From Candidatus Nealsonbacteria bacterium (lineage in GTDB: Bacteria > Patescibacteriota > Minisyncoccia > Minisyncoccales > JAGGXC01), in the NCBI GenBank assembly GCA_026396195.1, contig JAPLXH010000005.1, positions 3,710 to 67,709 on the forward strand: DNA of 64,000 nucleotides, read 5' to 3'. Under the pieces are notes generated by a model, which was not told where the DNA came from, did not search any database, and saw nothing but the letters and a program-made list of their open reading frames with translations. Every line of letters starts with the position of its first letter. Positions within the stretch are counted from its first letter, which is position 1. Made by a program: the position numbers and the translations under genes. This document shows, one piece after another, positions 28,472 to 37,234 of the stretch.

Positions 28472-28502
28472 TGAGCTTTTTTTGTTTAAAAATTATGATA
28501 AT

Positions 28503-29129
28503 ATGAAATATATGCAAAACAATAATTATCCTGGAAAATTTATCGTTTTTGAGGGATTAGATGGTTCCGGCCAATCAACTCAAGTCAGTCTTATGAAAGA
28601 ATATTTGGAAAAAAAAGGATTTAAAGTTTTTTCGACCAAAGAACCGACTAAAAATTTAAGCGTTGCCCAAGAAATAAAAGATGTTTTGGAAAAAAAGAAA
28701 GAAACTTCCGCCGAGAATCTCCAAAAATTATTTGTCAAAGACAGAAAAGAGCATTTAGAGAAAGAAATTTTACCGGCCCTGGAAAGAGGGGAAATGGTTA
28801 TTTCTGACCGTTATTTTTTCTCTACTTTTGCTTTCGGCACTGCCGACGGGTTGGACTTAGAATGGCTTATTCAGTTAAACAAAGAATTTTTAATGCCGGA
28901 CGTTACTTTTTTATTAAAAGTGAAGCCCGAAACTTGCCTGGGAAGAATTACCAAAAGAGGAACCGAAAAAACCCTTTTTGAAGTTAAAGAAAAAATGCAT
29001 AGAATTTGGGCGATTTTTGAAAAATTAGTTCCAAGATTCAATAATGTTTTTTTAATTGACGGAGAAAAATCAATTCAAGAGGTTTTTGAAGATTCAAAAA
29101 AAATAATAGAAAATAACCTAAAAATATGA
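28503..29129 (+). CDS. tmk: thymidylate kinase
   Basis: FIVFEGLDGSGQSTQ P-loop and the SDRYFFS (DRY/F) motif. Confidence 0.85.
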   Translation: MKYMQNNNYPGKFIVFEGLDGSGQSTQVSLMKEYLEKKGFKVFSTKEPTKNLSVAQEIKDVLEKKKETSAENLQKLFVKDRKEHLEKEILPALERGEMVISDRYFFSTFAFGTADGLDLEWLIQLNKEFLMPDVTFLLKVKPETCLGRITKRGTEKTLFEVKEKMHRIWAIFEKLVPRFNNVFLIDGEKSIQEVFEDSKKIIENNLKI

Positions 29130-29797
29130 AAAATATCAATCAAATAGCCAAAATTATCGACCAAACCAACATTGATTTAAAAGCAACCATTGAAGATATA
29201 AAGAAAACCTGCCAAGAAGCTAAAGAATACGGATTCAGAGGAGTTTGCATTAATCCCAAATGGACAAAATTGGCAAAAAAAGAATTAAAGGGAAGCAATA
29301 CCAAGGTTATAATCTTAATTGACCCGCCAATGGGGCAAAGCACAACCTTGCAGCGAGTTAGAGCTTGTAAAAAAGCTAAAAAAGACGGAGCCGACGAGAC
29401 AGACGTGGTAATGAATATTATTGATTTAAAATATGAAAGATATGGCAAAGTTTTAAAAGACCTGAAAACGATTTGTAAGATTCTGCCTACTAAAGTGATA
29501 ATCGGTTCGGGGTTTTTGACAGACGGGGAAATTGAGAAAGCTTCAACATTGGTCAAGGAAGCCGGTGCCATTTGCGTGAAAACAGCCACATCAAAAGACC
29601 CGCTTGAAAGCCGGGAAATGGAAGAAAAGGCCAAGCATGTGGCAATTATGAAAAAGTCAGCCCCGGGATTATTGATTAAAGCTTCCGGCCGTGTTTCCAA
29701 CTTAGAGGATTTGAAAAAAATGGTGGAAGCCGGCGCTGATTTAATCGGCACGAGCTACGGCGTTCAGATAATAAAAGAAACGTTTAACCAAAAATAA
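29126..29797 (+). CDS. deoC: deoxyribose-phosphate aldolase family
   Basis: IDQTNIDLKAT, VCINPKW and CVKTATS (Schiff-base lysine context). Confidence 0.7.
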   Translation: MKNINQIAKIIDQTNIDLKATIEDIKKTCQEAKEYGFRGVCINPKWTKLAKKELKGSNTKVIILIDPPMGQSTTLQRVRACKKAKKDGADETDVVMNIIDLKYERYGKVLKDLKTICKILPTKVIIGSGFLTDGEIEKASTLVKEAGAICVKTATSKDPLESREMEEKAKHVAIMKKSAPGLLIKASGRVSNLEDLKKMVEAGADLIGTSYGVQIIKETFNQK

Positions 29798-29802
29798 TTT
29801 AT

Positions 29803-31278
29803 ATGGCGAAATTAAAGCCGGTAATTGGATTGGAGATTCACGTTGAATTGGGGACTAAAACCAAAATGTTTTGTTCTTGCTTGAATGACCCGGACCAAAA
29901 AAGTCCGAATTTTAACGTTTGTCCGGTTTGTATGGGGCACCCCGGAGTTTTACCGGTTGCCAACGAAGAGGCGATTGAAAGGGTTATAAAAACTGGAATT
30001 TCTTTAAATTGTGAAATTTCAGAAGACTCGAAATTTGACCGAAAAAGTTATTTTTATCCCGACCTGCCCAAAGGTTATCAAATCAGCCAGTTTTACATTC
30101 CTTTTTGCAAACAAGGATTTTTAAAAATAAATAATAAAAAAATAAGAATCAGGGAAATTCATTTGGAAGAAGACACGGGCCGGCTGGTTCATCCCGTGGA
30201 CGAAGATTCCAGCTTGGCTGATTTTAACAGGGCGGGGATTCCCTTAATGGAGCTGGTTACCGAGCCCGATATTAATTCAGCCAAAGAGGCCAGGGAATTT
30301 GCCCAAGAACTTCAGCTTATTTTAAGATACTTGGACATTTCAAAGGCTGATATGGAAAAAGGACAAATGAGGGTGGAGGCGAACATTTCAGTCGGGAAAA
30401 ACAATAAACTGGGTACAAAAGTGGAAATAAAAAATATTAATTCTTTCAGGTCCGTAGAAAGGGGAATTGATTATGAAATAAAAAGACAGACGGAACTTTT
30501 AGAATCGGGGGAGCAAATTGTTCAGGAAACCAGGGGCTGGCTGGAAGAAAAGGGCGAAACCCAGAGCCAGAGGACAAAAGAGGAAGCCCATGATTACAGA
30601 TATTTTCCGGAACCGGATTTGCCCGTCTTTAAAACAGGAACCAAAAATTATATTTCAAGAATAAAAAGACAACTTCCCGAGCTTCCCAATCAAAGAAGGG
30701 AAAGATTTAATAAAGAGTATAATTTATCGGAAAGGGAAATTGAAATTTTTGTGCAAAACAAGGATTTGGGCGAATATTTTGAAAAAGTTTATTCGGAGTT
30801 GAAAGATTGGGTTTCTTCGGTTGAAATGAAAAGAAAAATTTCCAAAAAAGAAGAAACAAAGCTGATTAAGCTTTGCACGAATTATCTTTTAACCGACCTA
30901 CAATTTTTAATTAAAGGAAAAGCCTTTGAAAAAGAAAAATTTCCCATAACTCCGGAAAATTTTGGCGAGTTCATCACTTTGATTTATGAAGGAAAAATTT
31001 CTTCAAAAATCGGAAAAATGTTGTTGCCGGAAATGTTTAAAACGGGCGGGGACCCTTCTCAATTAATCAGAGAAAAGGGCTTGTCTCAGATCGATGACCG
31101 TTCTGAAATTGAAACAAAGGCCAAAAAAATAATTTCTGAGAACCAAAAAGCCATTGAAGATTTCAAAAAAGGCAAAGAAACGGCCCTTCAGTTTTTAATT
31201 GGCCAGTTTATGAAGGAGACAAAGGGCAAGGTTAATCCCCAAAAAGCCGCAGAAATTTTAAAGGACCTTTTGAAATAA
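29803..31278 (+). CDS. gatB: Asp/Glu-tRNA amidotransferase subunit B
   Basis: VIGLEIHVEL..KMFCSC, HLEEDTGRL and RVEANISV. Confidence 0.9.
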   Translation: MAKLKPVIGLEIHVELGTKTKMFCSCLNDPDQKSPNFNVCPVCMGHPGVLPVANEEAIERVIKTGISLNCEISEDSKFDRKSYFYPDLPKGYQISQFYIPFCKQGFLKINNKKIRIREIHLEEDTGRLVHPVDEDSSLADFNRAGIPLMELVTEPDINSAKEAREFAQELQLILRYLDISKADMEKGQMRVEANISVGKNNKLGTKVEIKNINSFRSVERGIDYEIKRQTELLESGEQIVQETRGWLEEKGETQSQRTKEEAHDYRYFPEPDLPVFKTGTKNYISRIKRQLPELPNQRRERFNKEYNLSEREIEIFVQNKDLGEYFEKVYSELKDWVSSVEMKRKISKKEETKLIKLCTNYLLTDLQFLIKGKAFEKEKFPITPENFGEFITLIYEGKISSKIGKMLLPEMFKTGGDPSQLIREKGLSQIDDRSEIETKAKKIISENQKAIEDFKKGKETALQFLIGQFMKETKGKVNPQKAAEILKDLLK

Positions 31279-31282
31279 AAGT

Positions 31283-31449
31283 TTGACAAAAGATTTCAAG
31301 AGAGTAAAATAGGCAATACACATACTGAATAAACAGATAAAGTAATAGTAGTTTCAAATGACCGATTTTCAGAATTTTTAAAGGATAAAATCGGAAGCAA
31401 AGGTCGGAGCTACTAACAAAGATTAAAAGATTGTTAAATCAAGGAAAAC
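31283..31449 (+). promoter_or_regulatory. promoter plus ~130-nt structured leader of the KH-protein/trmD unit
   Basis: TTGACA (31283-31288), 16 nt, TAAAAT (31305-31310). Nested stems TAGTAG/CTACTA (31346-31351 with 31410-31415) and CCGATTTT/AAAATCGG (31362-31369 with 31387-31394). Confidence 0.45.
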
Positions 31450-31779
31450 ATGACAAAAGATACCAAAGATAAGGACTTTCTTGAGTTTATTATAAAAAAC
31501 TTGGTTGACCATCCTGACGATGTCAAAATCGACCGAAAAGTAGACGAAATGGGAGTTTTACTTTCTTTGACAGTAAACCTCGAAGACATGGGACAGATTA
31601 TCGGTCGTCAAGGAGAAACAGCCAGAGCAATTCGAAATTTAGTTCGAATTGTCGGTCTTAAAAATCACGCCAGAGTGAATTTAAAGATCGAAGAGCCGGA
31701 AGGCTCTACCAGGCCTGCCAGGTCTGACTCAGGTCCAAGGAGAGGATCTGAAAGAGATTTGGGGGATTTAAATTTGTAA
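31450..31779 (+). CDS. KH-domain RNA-binding protein (YlqC/UPF0109-like) with Arg/Ser-rich tail
   Basis: IGRQGETARAIRNLV GxxG loop. Located upstream of trmD, as in rpsP-ylqC-rimM-trmD operons. Confidence 0.75.
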   Translation: MTKDTKDKDFLEFIIKNLVDHPDDVKIDRKVDEMGVLLSLTVNLEDMGQIIGRQGETARAIRNLVRIVGLKNHARVNLKIEEPEGSTRPARSDSGPRRGSERDLGDLNL

Positions 31780-31861
31780 ATTCAAAGTTTACAGAAAACA
31801 GAAAACCGTGCTATCATTTTAATGAAAGCACGGTTTTCGTTTAACCGTAGTTTTTTACCAT

Positions 31862-32533
31862 ATGATTCAGTTTGATATTATTACCATTTTCCCTCATATT
31901 TTTGATTCTTATTTAAAAGAATCTCTTATTCAAAGGGCCGTTAAATCCGGTTTAATTAAGGTTAAAGTTCATAATTTAAGAGATTTTGCCCCTGATTCCA
32001 GAAAAACGGTTGATGACCGGCCTTTTGGCGGAGGAATCGGCATGGTGATGAAAGTGGAGCCGATTTTTAAAGCAGTTAATAAGATTAAATCCGCCAGTGG
32101 GCGAACAAAGGTTATTCTTTTTACTCCTCGGGGTAAAAAATTTGATCAAGAGTTAGCTTACCAATTTTCAAAGCTTAAAAAAATAATTTTAATTTGCGGC
32201 CGTTACGAGGGAGTGGACGAAAGAGTGGCAAAAAATATTGCCGATATCGAACTTTCAATCGGGGAATACGTTTTAATGGGAGGGGAGTTGCCGGCGGAAA
32301 TTTTGATTGAAACAATCTCCAGACTGATTCCCGGGGTTTTGGGGAACCCCCAATTATTAAAAGAAAGAATTCCTTCAAAAGCTGGCAGGGGAGGCAGGGG
32401 ATTTATTGAATATCCTCAATATACCCGTCCCGAAATTTTTAATAAATGGAAAGTTCCTAAATTGTTGTTATCGGGAAATCACAAAAAAATTCAGGAATGG
32501 CGAAAGCAAAACGGAAAGATTGTTTCGTCCTAA
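31862..32533 (+). CDS. trmD: tRNA (guanine37-N1)-methyltransferase
   Basis: FDIITIFP, DDRPFGGGIGMVM and CGRYEGVDERV. Confidence 0.9.
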   Translation: MIQFDIITIFPHIFDSYLKESLIQRAVKSGLIKVKVHNLRDFAPDSRKTVDDRPFGGGIGMVMKVEPIFKAVNKIKSASGRTKVILFTPRGKKFDQELAYQFSKLKKIILICGRYEGVDERVAKNIADIELSIGEYVLMGGELPAEILIETISRLIPGVLGNPQLLKERIPSKAGRGGRGFIEYPQYTRPEIFNKWKVPKLLLSGNHKKIQEWRKQNGKIVSS

Positions 32534-32655
32534 GTGGTTCGATAAACTCAATATAAATTCCGCCGAAGGATCGAAGGATTTATCCTGAGCGAAGCCGAAG
32601 GATTGAAAAATAGATTTTAATATAGTATAATTTTTGTGTATCAAAGGTAATAAAG

Positions 32656-32740
32656 GGGTAGGTTGCAGAGTAGCTAATGCACCAGTCTGTAAAACTGGCG
32701 CCTTCGGGCTTCGGGGGTGCAAGTCCCTCCCTACCCACCA
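32656..32740 (+). tRNA. tRNA-Tyr(GUA), long variable arm, CCA encoded
   Basis: GGGTAGG...CCAGT CTGTAAA ACTGG, variable arm C-GCC-TTCG-GGC-TTC, T arm GGGGG TGCAAGT CCCTC, then CCTACCC A CCA. The T loop has G where U55 is normally invariant. Confidence 0.85.
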
Positions 32741-32832
32741 CGTAAAGAAAATTTTAAAAAAAATTTTCCACGTGGTAGGCGCGTGATGAAATTTTATATA
32801 AATTTCATTTTACGCGCCACCATGTAGAACAT

Positions 32833-33090
32833 ATGTTTTATACTTATCTTTTGGAGAGTAATATCGATAAAAGTTGGTACATTGGTTATACAAAAGATTT
32901 AAGAGAAAGATTTCTAAGTCACAATAAAGGAGAAAACATAGCAACAAAGAATAAAAAACCATGGAGATTAATTTATTATGAAGCATATATAAATATAATT
33001 GATGCCAAGAAAAGAGAAAAATTTTTAAAATCAGGTTCAGGAAGAAAATTTCTTAAACGGCAAATTAGTAATTATTTAATAAAAACCTAA
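32833..33090 (+). CDS. stand-alone GIY-YIG nuclease-domain protein
   Basis: FYTYLLES...WYIGYTKDLRERFLSHN matches the GIY...YIG...R...N pattern. 85 aa. Confidence 0.8.
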   Translation: MFYTYLLESNIDKSWYIGYTKDLRERFLSHNKGENIATKNKKPWRLIYYEAYINIIDAKKREKFLKSGSGRKFLKRQISNYLIKT

Positions 33091-33097
33091 TTAAATT

Positions 33098-33169
33098 GCC
33101 GATGTAGCTCAGTGGTAGAGCAACTCCATGGTAAGGAGTAGGTCGCCAGTTCAAGTCTGGCCATCGGCT
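33098..33169 (+). tRNA. tRNA-Thr(GGU)
   Basis: GCCGATG TA GCTC AGTGGTA GAGC A ACTCC ATGGTAA GGAGT AGGTC GCCAG TTCAAGT CTGGC CATCGGC T. Confidence 0.95.
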
Positions 33170-33193
33170 CTCGAAATTAATAACAAAAAAAAT

Positions 33194-33358
33194 ATGGCAA
33201 AAAAGAAAAGACCGTTTGTAAAACTTCAGTGCCAAACCTGCAAAAGAGTTAATTATCATGTTAATAAATCCAAGGCTTCGCGCGAGAAAAAACTGGAATT
33301 GAAAAAATTTTGCAATTGGTGCAAAAAACATACGCCTCATAAAGAAAGCAAGCGTTAG
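33194..33358 (+). CDS. rpmG: 50S ribosomal protein L33
   Basis: MAKKKRPFVKLQCQTCKRVNY...CNWCKKHTPHKE zinc-ribbon L33. The ORF-track start at 33128 overlaps the tRNA. Confidence 0.85.
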   Translation: MAKKKRPFVKLQCQTCKRVNYHVNKSKASREKKLELKKFCNWCKKHTPHKESKR

Positions 33359-33523
33359 GCACCTACTATCTTTTTGAATGGGAAGAGATAATAAATCTAA
33401 AAGAACTAACCGCTGTTTAATATGGCGGTTTTTCTTATAACGTAGATTTTGAGACTCCTCTATTTTTGTCTAAATTTAACCTAATTAAATAGTCGTACAA
33501 GGCGAATTTAACAGGTTTTAAAT

Positions 33524-33550
33524 AAAAAAGCCGGACGGATTCCGTCCGGC
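33524..33550 (-). terminator. intrinsic terminator of the 33585-33875 gene
   Basis: The minus strand reads gccggacgg-aatc-cgtccggc followed by tttttt. Confidence 0.75.
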
Positions 33551-33584
33551 AAATTGCATCCGATTCAAGGTAAATCAGTACATC

Positions 33585-33875
33585 TCATCCATTTATCTTA
33601 TTATATACTTTTTCGTCAACCCAGTAGTATGGTCCTTTTGGATATCCCGGATGACTCTTGAGGTCTGTAATACCAAACTTGGCAAACAGTCTGCTCCTAA
33701 TTTGGTCCCGCGGAAGACTTGATAACTCTTGGATTTCGGCCTCGGTCAGTTTAACAGAACCAATCTCAGTTTCCTCGCTATGGTTTTCCCGGGAAAGTGC
33801 AATAGTTTTATCAAGATGTCTTACTCCGTCTCTTTCTCCATCTGCGTTTTCTTTCTCGAATAAATACAATTTCAT
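33585..33875 (-). CDS. hypothetical 96-aa protein
   Basis: ORF with GGAGG 7 nt upstream of the ATG and its own GC-rich terminator. Confidence 0.55.
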   Translation of the reverse strand: MKLYLFEKENADGERDGVRHLDKTIALSRENHSEETEIGSVKLTEAEIQELSSLPRDQIRSRLFAKFGITDLKSHPGYPKGPYYWVDEKVYNKING

Positions 33876-34033
33876 TTTCTTGCCTCCTTTTTTAATAAGC
33901 CATTTCCACCCTACCTCTATTTTCGCTTAATTTCAAATAAAAAATCGCCCTATAAGCGATGAACGTATAATTTGCAATCTATATTTTGCACGACATATTG
34001 CATAAAGAATCGCCATTTAGGCGGTTTTTTGGT

Positions 34034-34080
34034 TTGACAAATTAGTGATTTAGAGTAAAAAGATAGAGGAGGTTGAAATA
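34034..34080 (+). promoter_or_regulatory. conserved promoter/SD module (TTGACA-16-TAAAAA-GATAGAGGAGG)
   Basis: TTGACA 34034-34039, TAAAAA 34056-34061, AGGAGG 34067-34072, TTG start 34081. Near-identical modules occur at 36738-36786 and 62376-62424. Confidence 0.6.
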
Positions 34081-35022
34081 TTGAAAGGAATAAAGATTTT
34101 TTCAGGAAAGTCTCATCGGAAATTAGCAAAAAGAATTTGTCGGCAATTAGAGGTTCCGTTAAGCCCTTTGAAAATTGAGGAATATGGTAATGGATGTTCT
34201 GAAGTAATTTTAGAGAAATATGTTCGCAACAAAATCGTCTTCTTGATTCAGACATCTTCACCCAAAAATTTATCTAAACATCTATTGCAGCTTTTACTGA
34301 TGACTGAAACTGTTTCAGAATGTGGTGCTAAAAAAATAATCGTAATAATGCCTTATGTTTCCTATTCTCGTTCCGACAAGAAGCACAAGAAGTGTCGTAA
34401 TAAAATGATTATCGCTGGAAAGTGGTTAATAAGGGCTTTGGAGAAAAACGGAATGAATAAATTCATCGGAATTGATTTTCATTCAAAGAGGTTCGAGAAG
34501 TTTTTCTCCCCAGAAACAGAAGTTCATCATCTTTCCGCTTTGCCTTTAATTGTTAAAGCTCTGGAAAAAAAGAACCTTAACCCTGAAAGTACTATCATAT
34601 TAGCTCCCGATAAAGGAGCTTGTAAAAAGACTTCCCATTTGGCAAAAGAACTAAAAATACCGTTTGGTTGGGTTGAGAAAAAAAGAATAAGCGATACTAA
34701 GGTTGAAATAGAGAAGATACACGGTGAAGTCGCTGGCAAAGATGTCATTGTTTTAGATGACGAGATTTCTACTGGAGGCACCATTAAAACTTTAGCCGAT
34801 AAACTTACAAAACTGAAAGCGAGAAGTTTAACTATTGCAGTTACTCATGGCCTTTTCTTAGGAAAAGCACTCAAGAATTTTCAAAAGATTAAAATACTAA
34901 AAAAAATCATAGTTACTGATACTGTTCCCATTTCAAAAAAAGTCAAACGCCATTTGCCATTGGAGATTCTGCCTATAGACGAACTTTTAGCTGAAAAAAT
35001 AAAAGAAATTTGTAAAAATTAG
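34081..35022 (+). CDS. prs: ribose-phosphate pyrophosphokinase-like (divergent PRPP synthetase)
   Basis: IKIFSGKSHRKLAKRIC, PYVSYSRSDKK (compare PYxGYARQDRK) and VIVLDDEISTGGTIKT (PRPP loop). TTG start. Confidence 0.65.
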   Translation: MKGIKIFSGKSHRKLAKRICRQLEVPLSPLKIEEYGNGCSEVILEKYVRNKIVFLIQTSSPKNLSKHLLQLLLMTETVSECGAKKIIVIMPYVSYSRSDKKHKKCRNKMIIAGKWLIRALEKNGMNKFIGIDFHSKRFEKFFSPETEVHHLSALPLIVKALEKKNLNPESTIILAPDKGACKKTSHLAKELKIPFGWVEKKRISDTKVEIEKIHGEVAGKDVIVLDDEISTGGTIKTLADKLTKLKARSLTIAVTHGLFLGKALKNFQKIKILKKIIVTDTVPISKKVKRHLPLEILPIDELLAEKIKEICKN

Positions 35023-35113
35023 AGGGGATATTTTTTAAACATCCTCTTTTTTATTTTAAATTATTGTTTGACTTTTTAACCTATATTTTATAAATTTAAT
35101 AAAGAAAAACGAT

Positions 35114-35184
35114 GGGGGCATAGTTCAACGGTAGAATAATGGTCTCCAAAACCATTGATCTCTGTTCGAATCAGAGTGCCCCCG
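35114..35184 (+). tRNA. tRNA-Trp(CCA)
   Basis: GGGGGCA TA GTTC AACGGTA GAAT A ATGGT CTCCAAA ACCAT TGAT CTCTG TTCGAAT CAGAG TGCCCCC G. Confidence 0.95.
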
Positions 35185-35324
35185 CCTTCGCTTCGCCGAA
35201 GCTTTAGCGTAGGCGAGCTTCGTCTCAGCTACGGCGAGGCAAGCCCGCCAACAAAAATATCCGAAATTTTTTCGGGTTTTTTGTTATTATGCTATAATAA
35301 ATAAAAATAATTTACAAAAATTTT

Positions 35325-36731
35325 ATGTCATTTGTCTATACGGGAATCGGCGTTTCCCAAAAAGATAATTTAATAGAAGCTGCCAAAGAAGCAGCCGAAC
35401 AAGCAAAAAAAGAATTGGGAGAAGGAAAAATCCCAAAGCTTTTAATGTTTTTTTGTATTTTTACCTATCCTATAAAAGAATATAAAAAAGCAATAGAAAC
35501 CGTGTATGGCGTTTTCGGCGATAAAGAGGTCCCTTTAGTCGGAGGCAGTGTTATAGGTTTTTTTGCCAAGGATAAATATTATTTCGACGTAAAAATGGTT
35601 GGCAGGATTGTCGGTTCTATGATACAAGGATTGGGCAAAGTTTTTAAACCGTTTAAATTTAACGGAGTTGGTGTGGTGGCTTTGTCTTCAGATTATTTAA
35701 GCATAGGAACAGGAATAGGTTTGGATGTAGATAAAAACCCTGAAAAAGCCGGTAAAGATTCAATTACTCAGGCCTTAGATAATTTGCAATATAATCCCTC
35801 GGTTGCTTATCTGGCAATGTTAAAAAAAGGCGCTCGGGACCTTACCAAATTTCGGCCAATAAATGGATTTTTGCTGACTCCCGGGTTTTTTCCGAAGGGT
35901 AAAGCCAATACTCTCTTTGATAATCAAATTCTTTCCGGAATAACTTCAATAACCAAGAGAAATGTCAGGTTGGCTGGCGGAGGATTGTGCTCCGAATTTG
36001 TGGTTGATCCAAATCATGTTTTAATATCTCCTGGAAGTGTTTTTTTTAACCACGAAGTTTATCAAAACGCCGTGACATCTATTGTTTTCGGTTCTGATTT
36101 AGAAATCGGATACGGAACCGCTGCCGGAGCTAATCCTTTGGGAGTATCCGTGGTTATTACCAAAGGGGAAGGGTATGTAATTGAAGAATTAAATGGAAAA
36201 CCGGCCGTGTCTTTTTTGGCAGAGATAGTCGGAAAATATACTGATATTAAAAAAGAAACTTTTTTAAACAATCCTTGGATTTTAGCTTTCAAAGGAATTT
36301 ATATGGCTCTTCCCGAGCCTTTAGGGGACTTTTATTGGCCCGTAGTTATAGCCGGCCGGGATGGAGAGAAGATAAAAACAGTTGTCCCTATTAGAAATGG
36401 ATTAGCTTTAAATTTGATAAAAACAGCAGGTAAGTCTGCCGAAGAAGCGCCAAGCCAAGCTACTAAAATGATGATTGAAGACGCTCAGTCTGAAAATTTT
36501 GAATTTGTTTTATTTTCTTCTTGCGCTGGCCGGGGTTCTGTTTTAGGCAAGAAATATTTCCAAGAGATAGAAGGAATTAAAAAAGTTTTAAATAATAAAG
36601 AAACTCCGATTTTCGGCCTTTGTTCTTGCGGGGAACAGGCTTTTTATAAATTAGGACAGGTAGTTGGCACGGCCGGTATTTTTACTTTAATGGGCATTTC
36701 CAATCGTCTTGTTTCTGAAACTAAAGAATAA
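35325..36731 (+). CDS. FIST-domain (FIST_N + FIST_C) sensory protein
   Basis: N-terminal pattern GVSQKDN...PKLLMFFC...PLVGGSV. C-terminal FVLFSSCAGRG...PIFGLCSCGEQ is typical of FIST_C. Confidence 0.6.
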   Translation: MSFVYTGIGVSQKDNLIEAAKEAAEQAKKELGEGKIPKLLMFFCIFTYPIKEYKKAIETVYGVFGDKEVPLVGGSVIGFFAKDKYYFDVKMVGRIVGSMIQGLGKVFKPFKFNGVGVVALSSDYLSIGTGIGLDVDKNPEKAGKDSITQALDNLQYNPSVAYLAMLKKGARDLTKFRPINGFLLTPGFFPKGKANTLFDNQILSGITSITKRNVRLAGGGLCSEFVVDPNHVLISPGSVFFNHEVYQNAVTSIVFGSDLEIGYGTAAGANPLGVSVVITKGEGYVIEELNGKPAVSFLAEIVGKYTDIKKETFLNNPWILAFKGIYMALPEPLGDFYWPVVIAGRDGEKIKTVVPIRNGLALNLIKTAGKSAEEAPSQATKMMIEDAQSENFEFVLFSSCAGRGSVLGKKYFQEIEGIKKVLNNKETPIFGLCSCGEQAFYKLGQVVGTAGIFTLMGISNRLVSETKE

Positions 36732-36783
36732 ATTTTATTGACTAAATTATTAATTTAGAATAAAAAGATGGAGGAGGGTTGAA

Positions 36784-37104
36784 ATGAGTCCTTTAAAAGA
36801 TGAAAATACTGATAAATCCCAAAAGCTAAAAGCAGAAGATTATTGCGTTGAATTTAGAATCCTGGCAAAAATTTACGAATACACAGAAATCAAGAAAAAA
36901 CCAATTTGGTTTTCAAGGTTGGTTTATTGTTTCAGGGGAAAGATTTTTAGAAACGAAATATCTAAAGCAGAAGACAGATTATATCATTGGGGCATAATTG
37001 ATAAAAAGTATAAAGACGCAGAGGGTTTGTGGACGTGTTGTTATCTTATTGAAGACGAAGCAGTGGATTTTGCAAGAATGCTTTACGAGAAAATAAATTT
37101 ATGA
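36784..37104 (+). CDS. hypothetical 106-aa protein, possibly winged-helix-like
   Basis: ORF with a strong SD (GGAGGAGGG). The wHTH guess is based only on length and charge pattern. Confidence 0.4.
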   Translation: MSPLKDENTDKSQKLKAEDYCVEFRILAKIYEYTEIKKKPIWFSRLVYCFRGKIFRNEISKAEDRLYHWGIIDKKYKDAEGLWTCCYLIEDEAVDFARMLYEKINL

Positions 37105-37234
37105 AAATTTTCTCGTTTTTTTATTGACAAATAATGTTTTTTAGAGATAATTAAAAAAGGAGGAAAACTCTTTTTTTAATTGGAGTTAGTACTTTTAAAT
37201 AAAAAAAACATGGAAAGAAAAGGAAGGTGAAAAA

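Noticed and set aside
33128-33193. Upstream start for rpmG, overlapping tRNA-Thr(GGU).
   Set aside because: The extension overlaps the tRNA 3' half. The canonical L33 N-terminus MAKKKRPF starts at 33194.
37146-37200. GGAGG at about 37160, and a GGAGTTAGTAC string resembling the cdsA SD/start region, as evidence for a hidden small gene upstream of pyrF.
   Set aside because: No start codon lies at a suitable distance and no open frame follows. It is probably a degenerate copy of the leader module.
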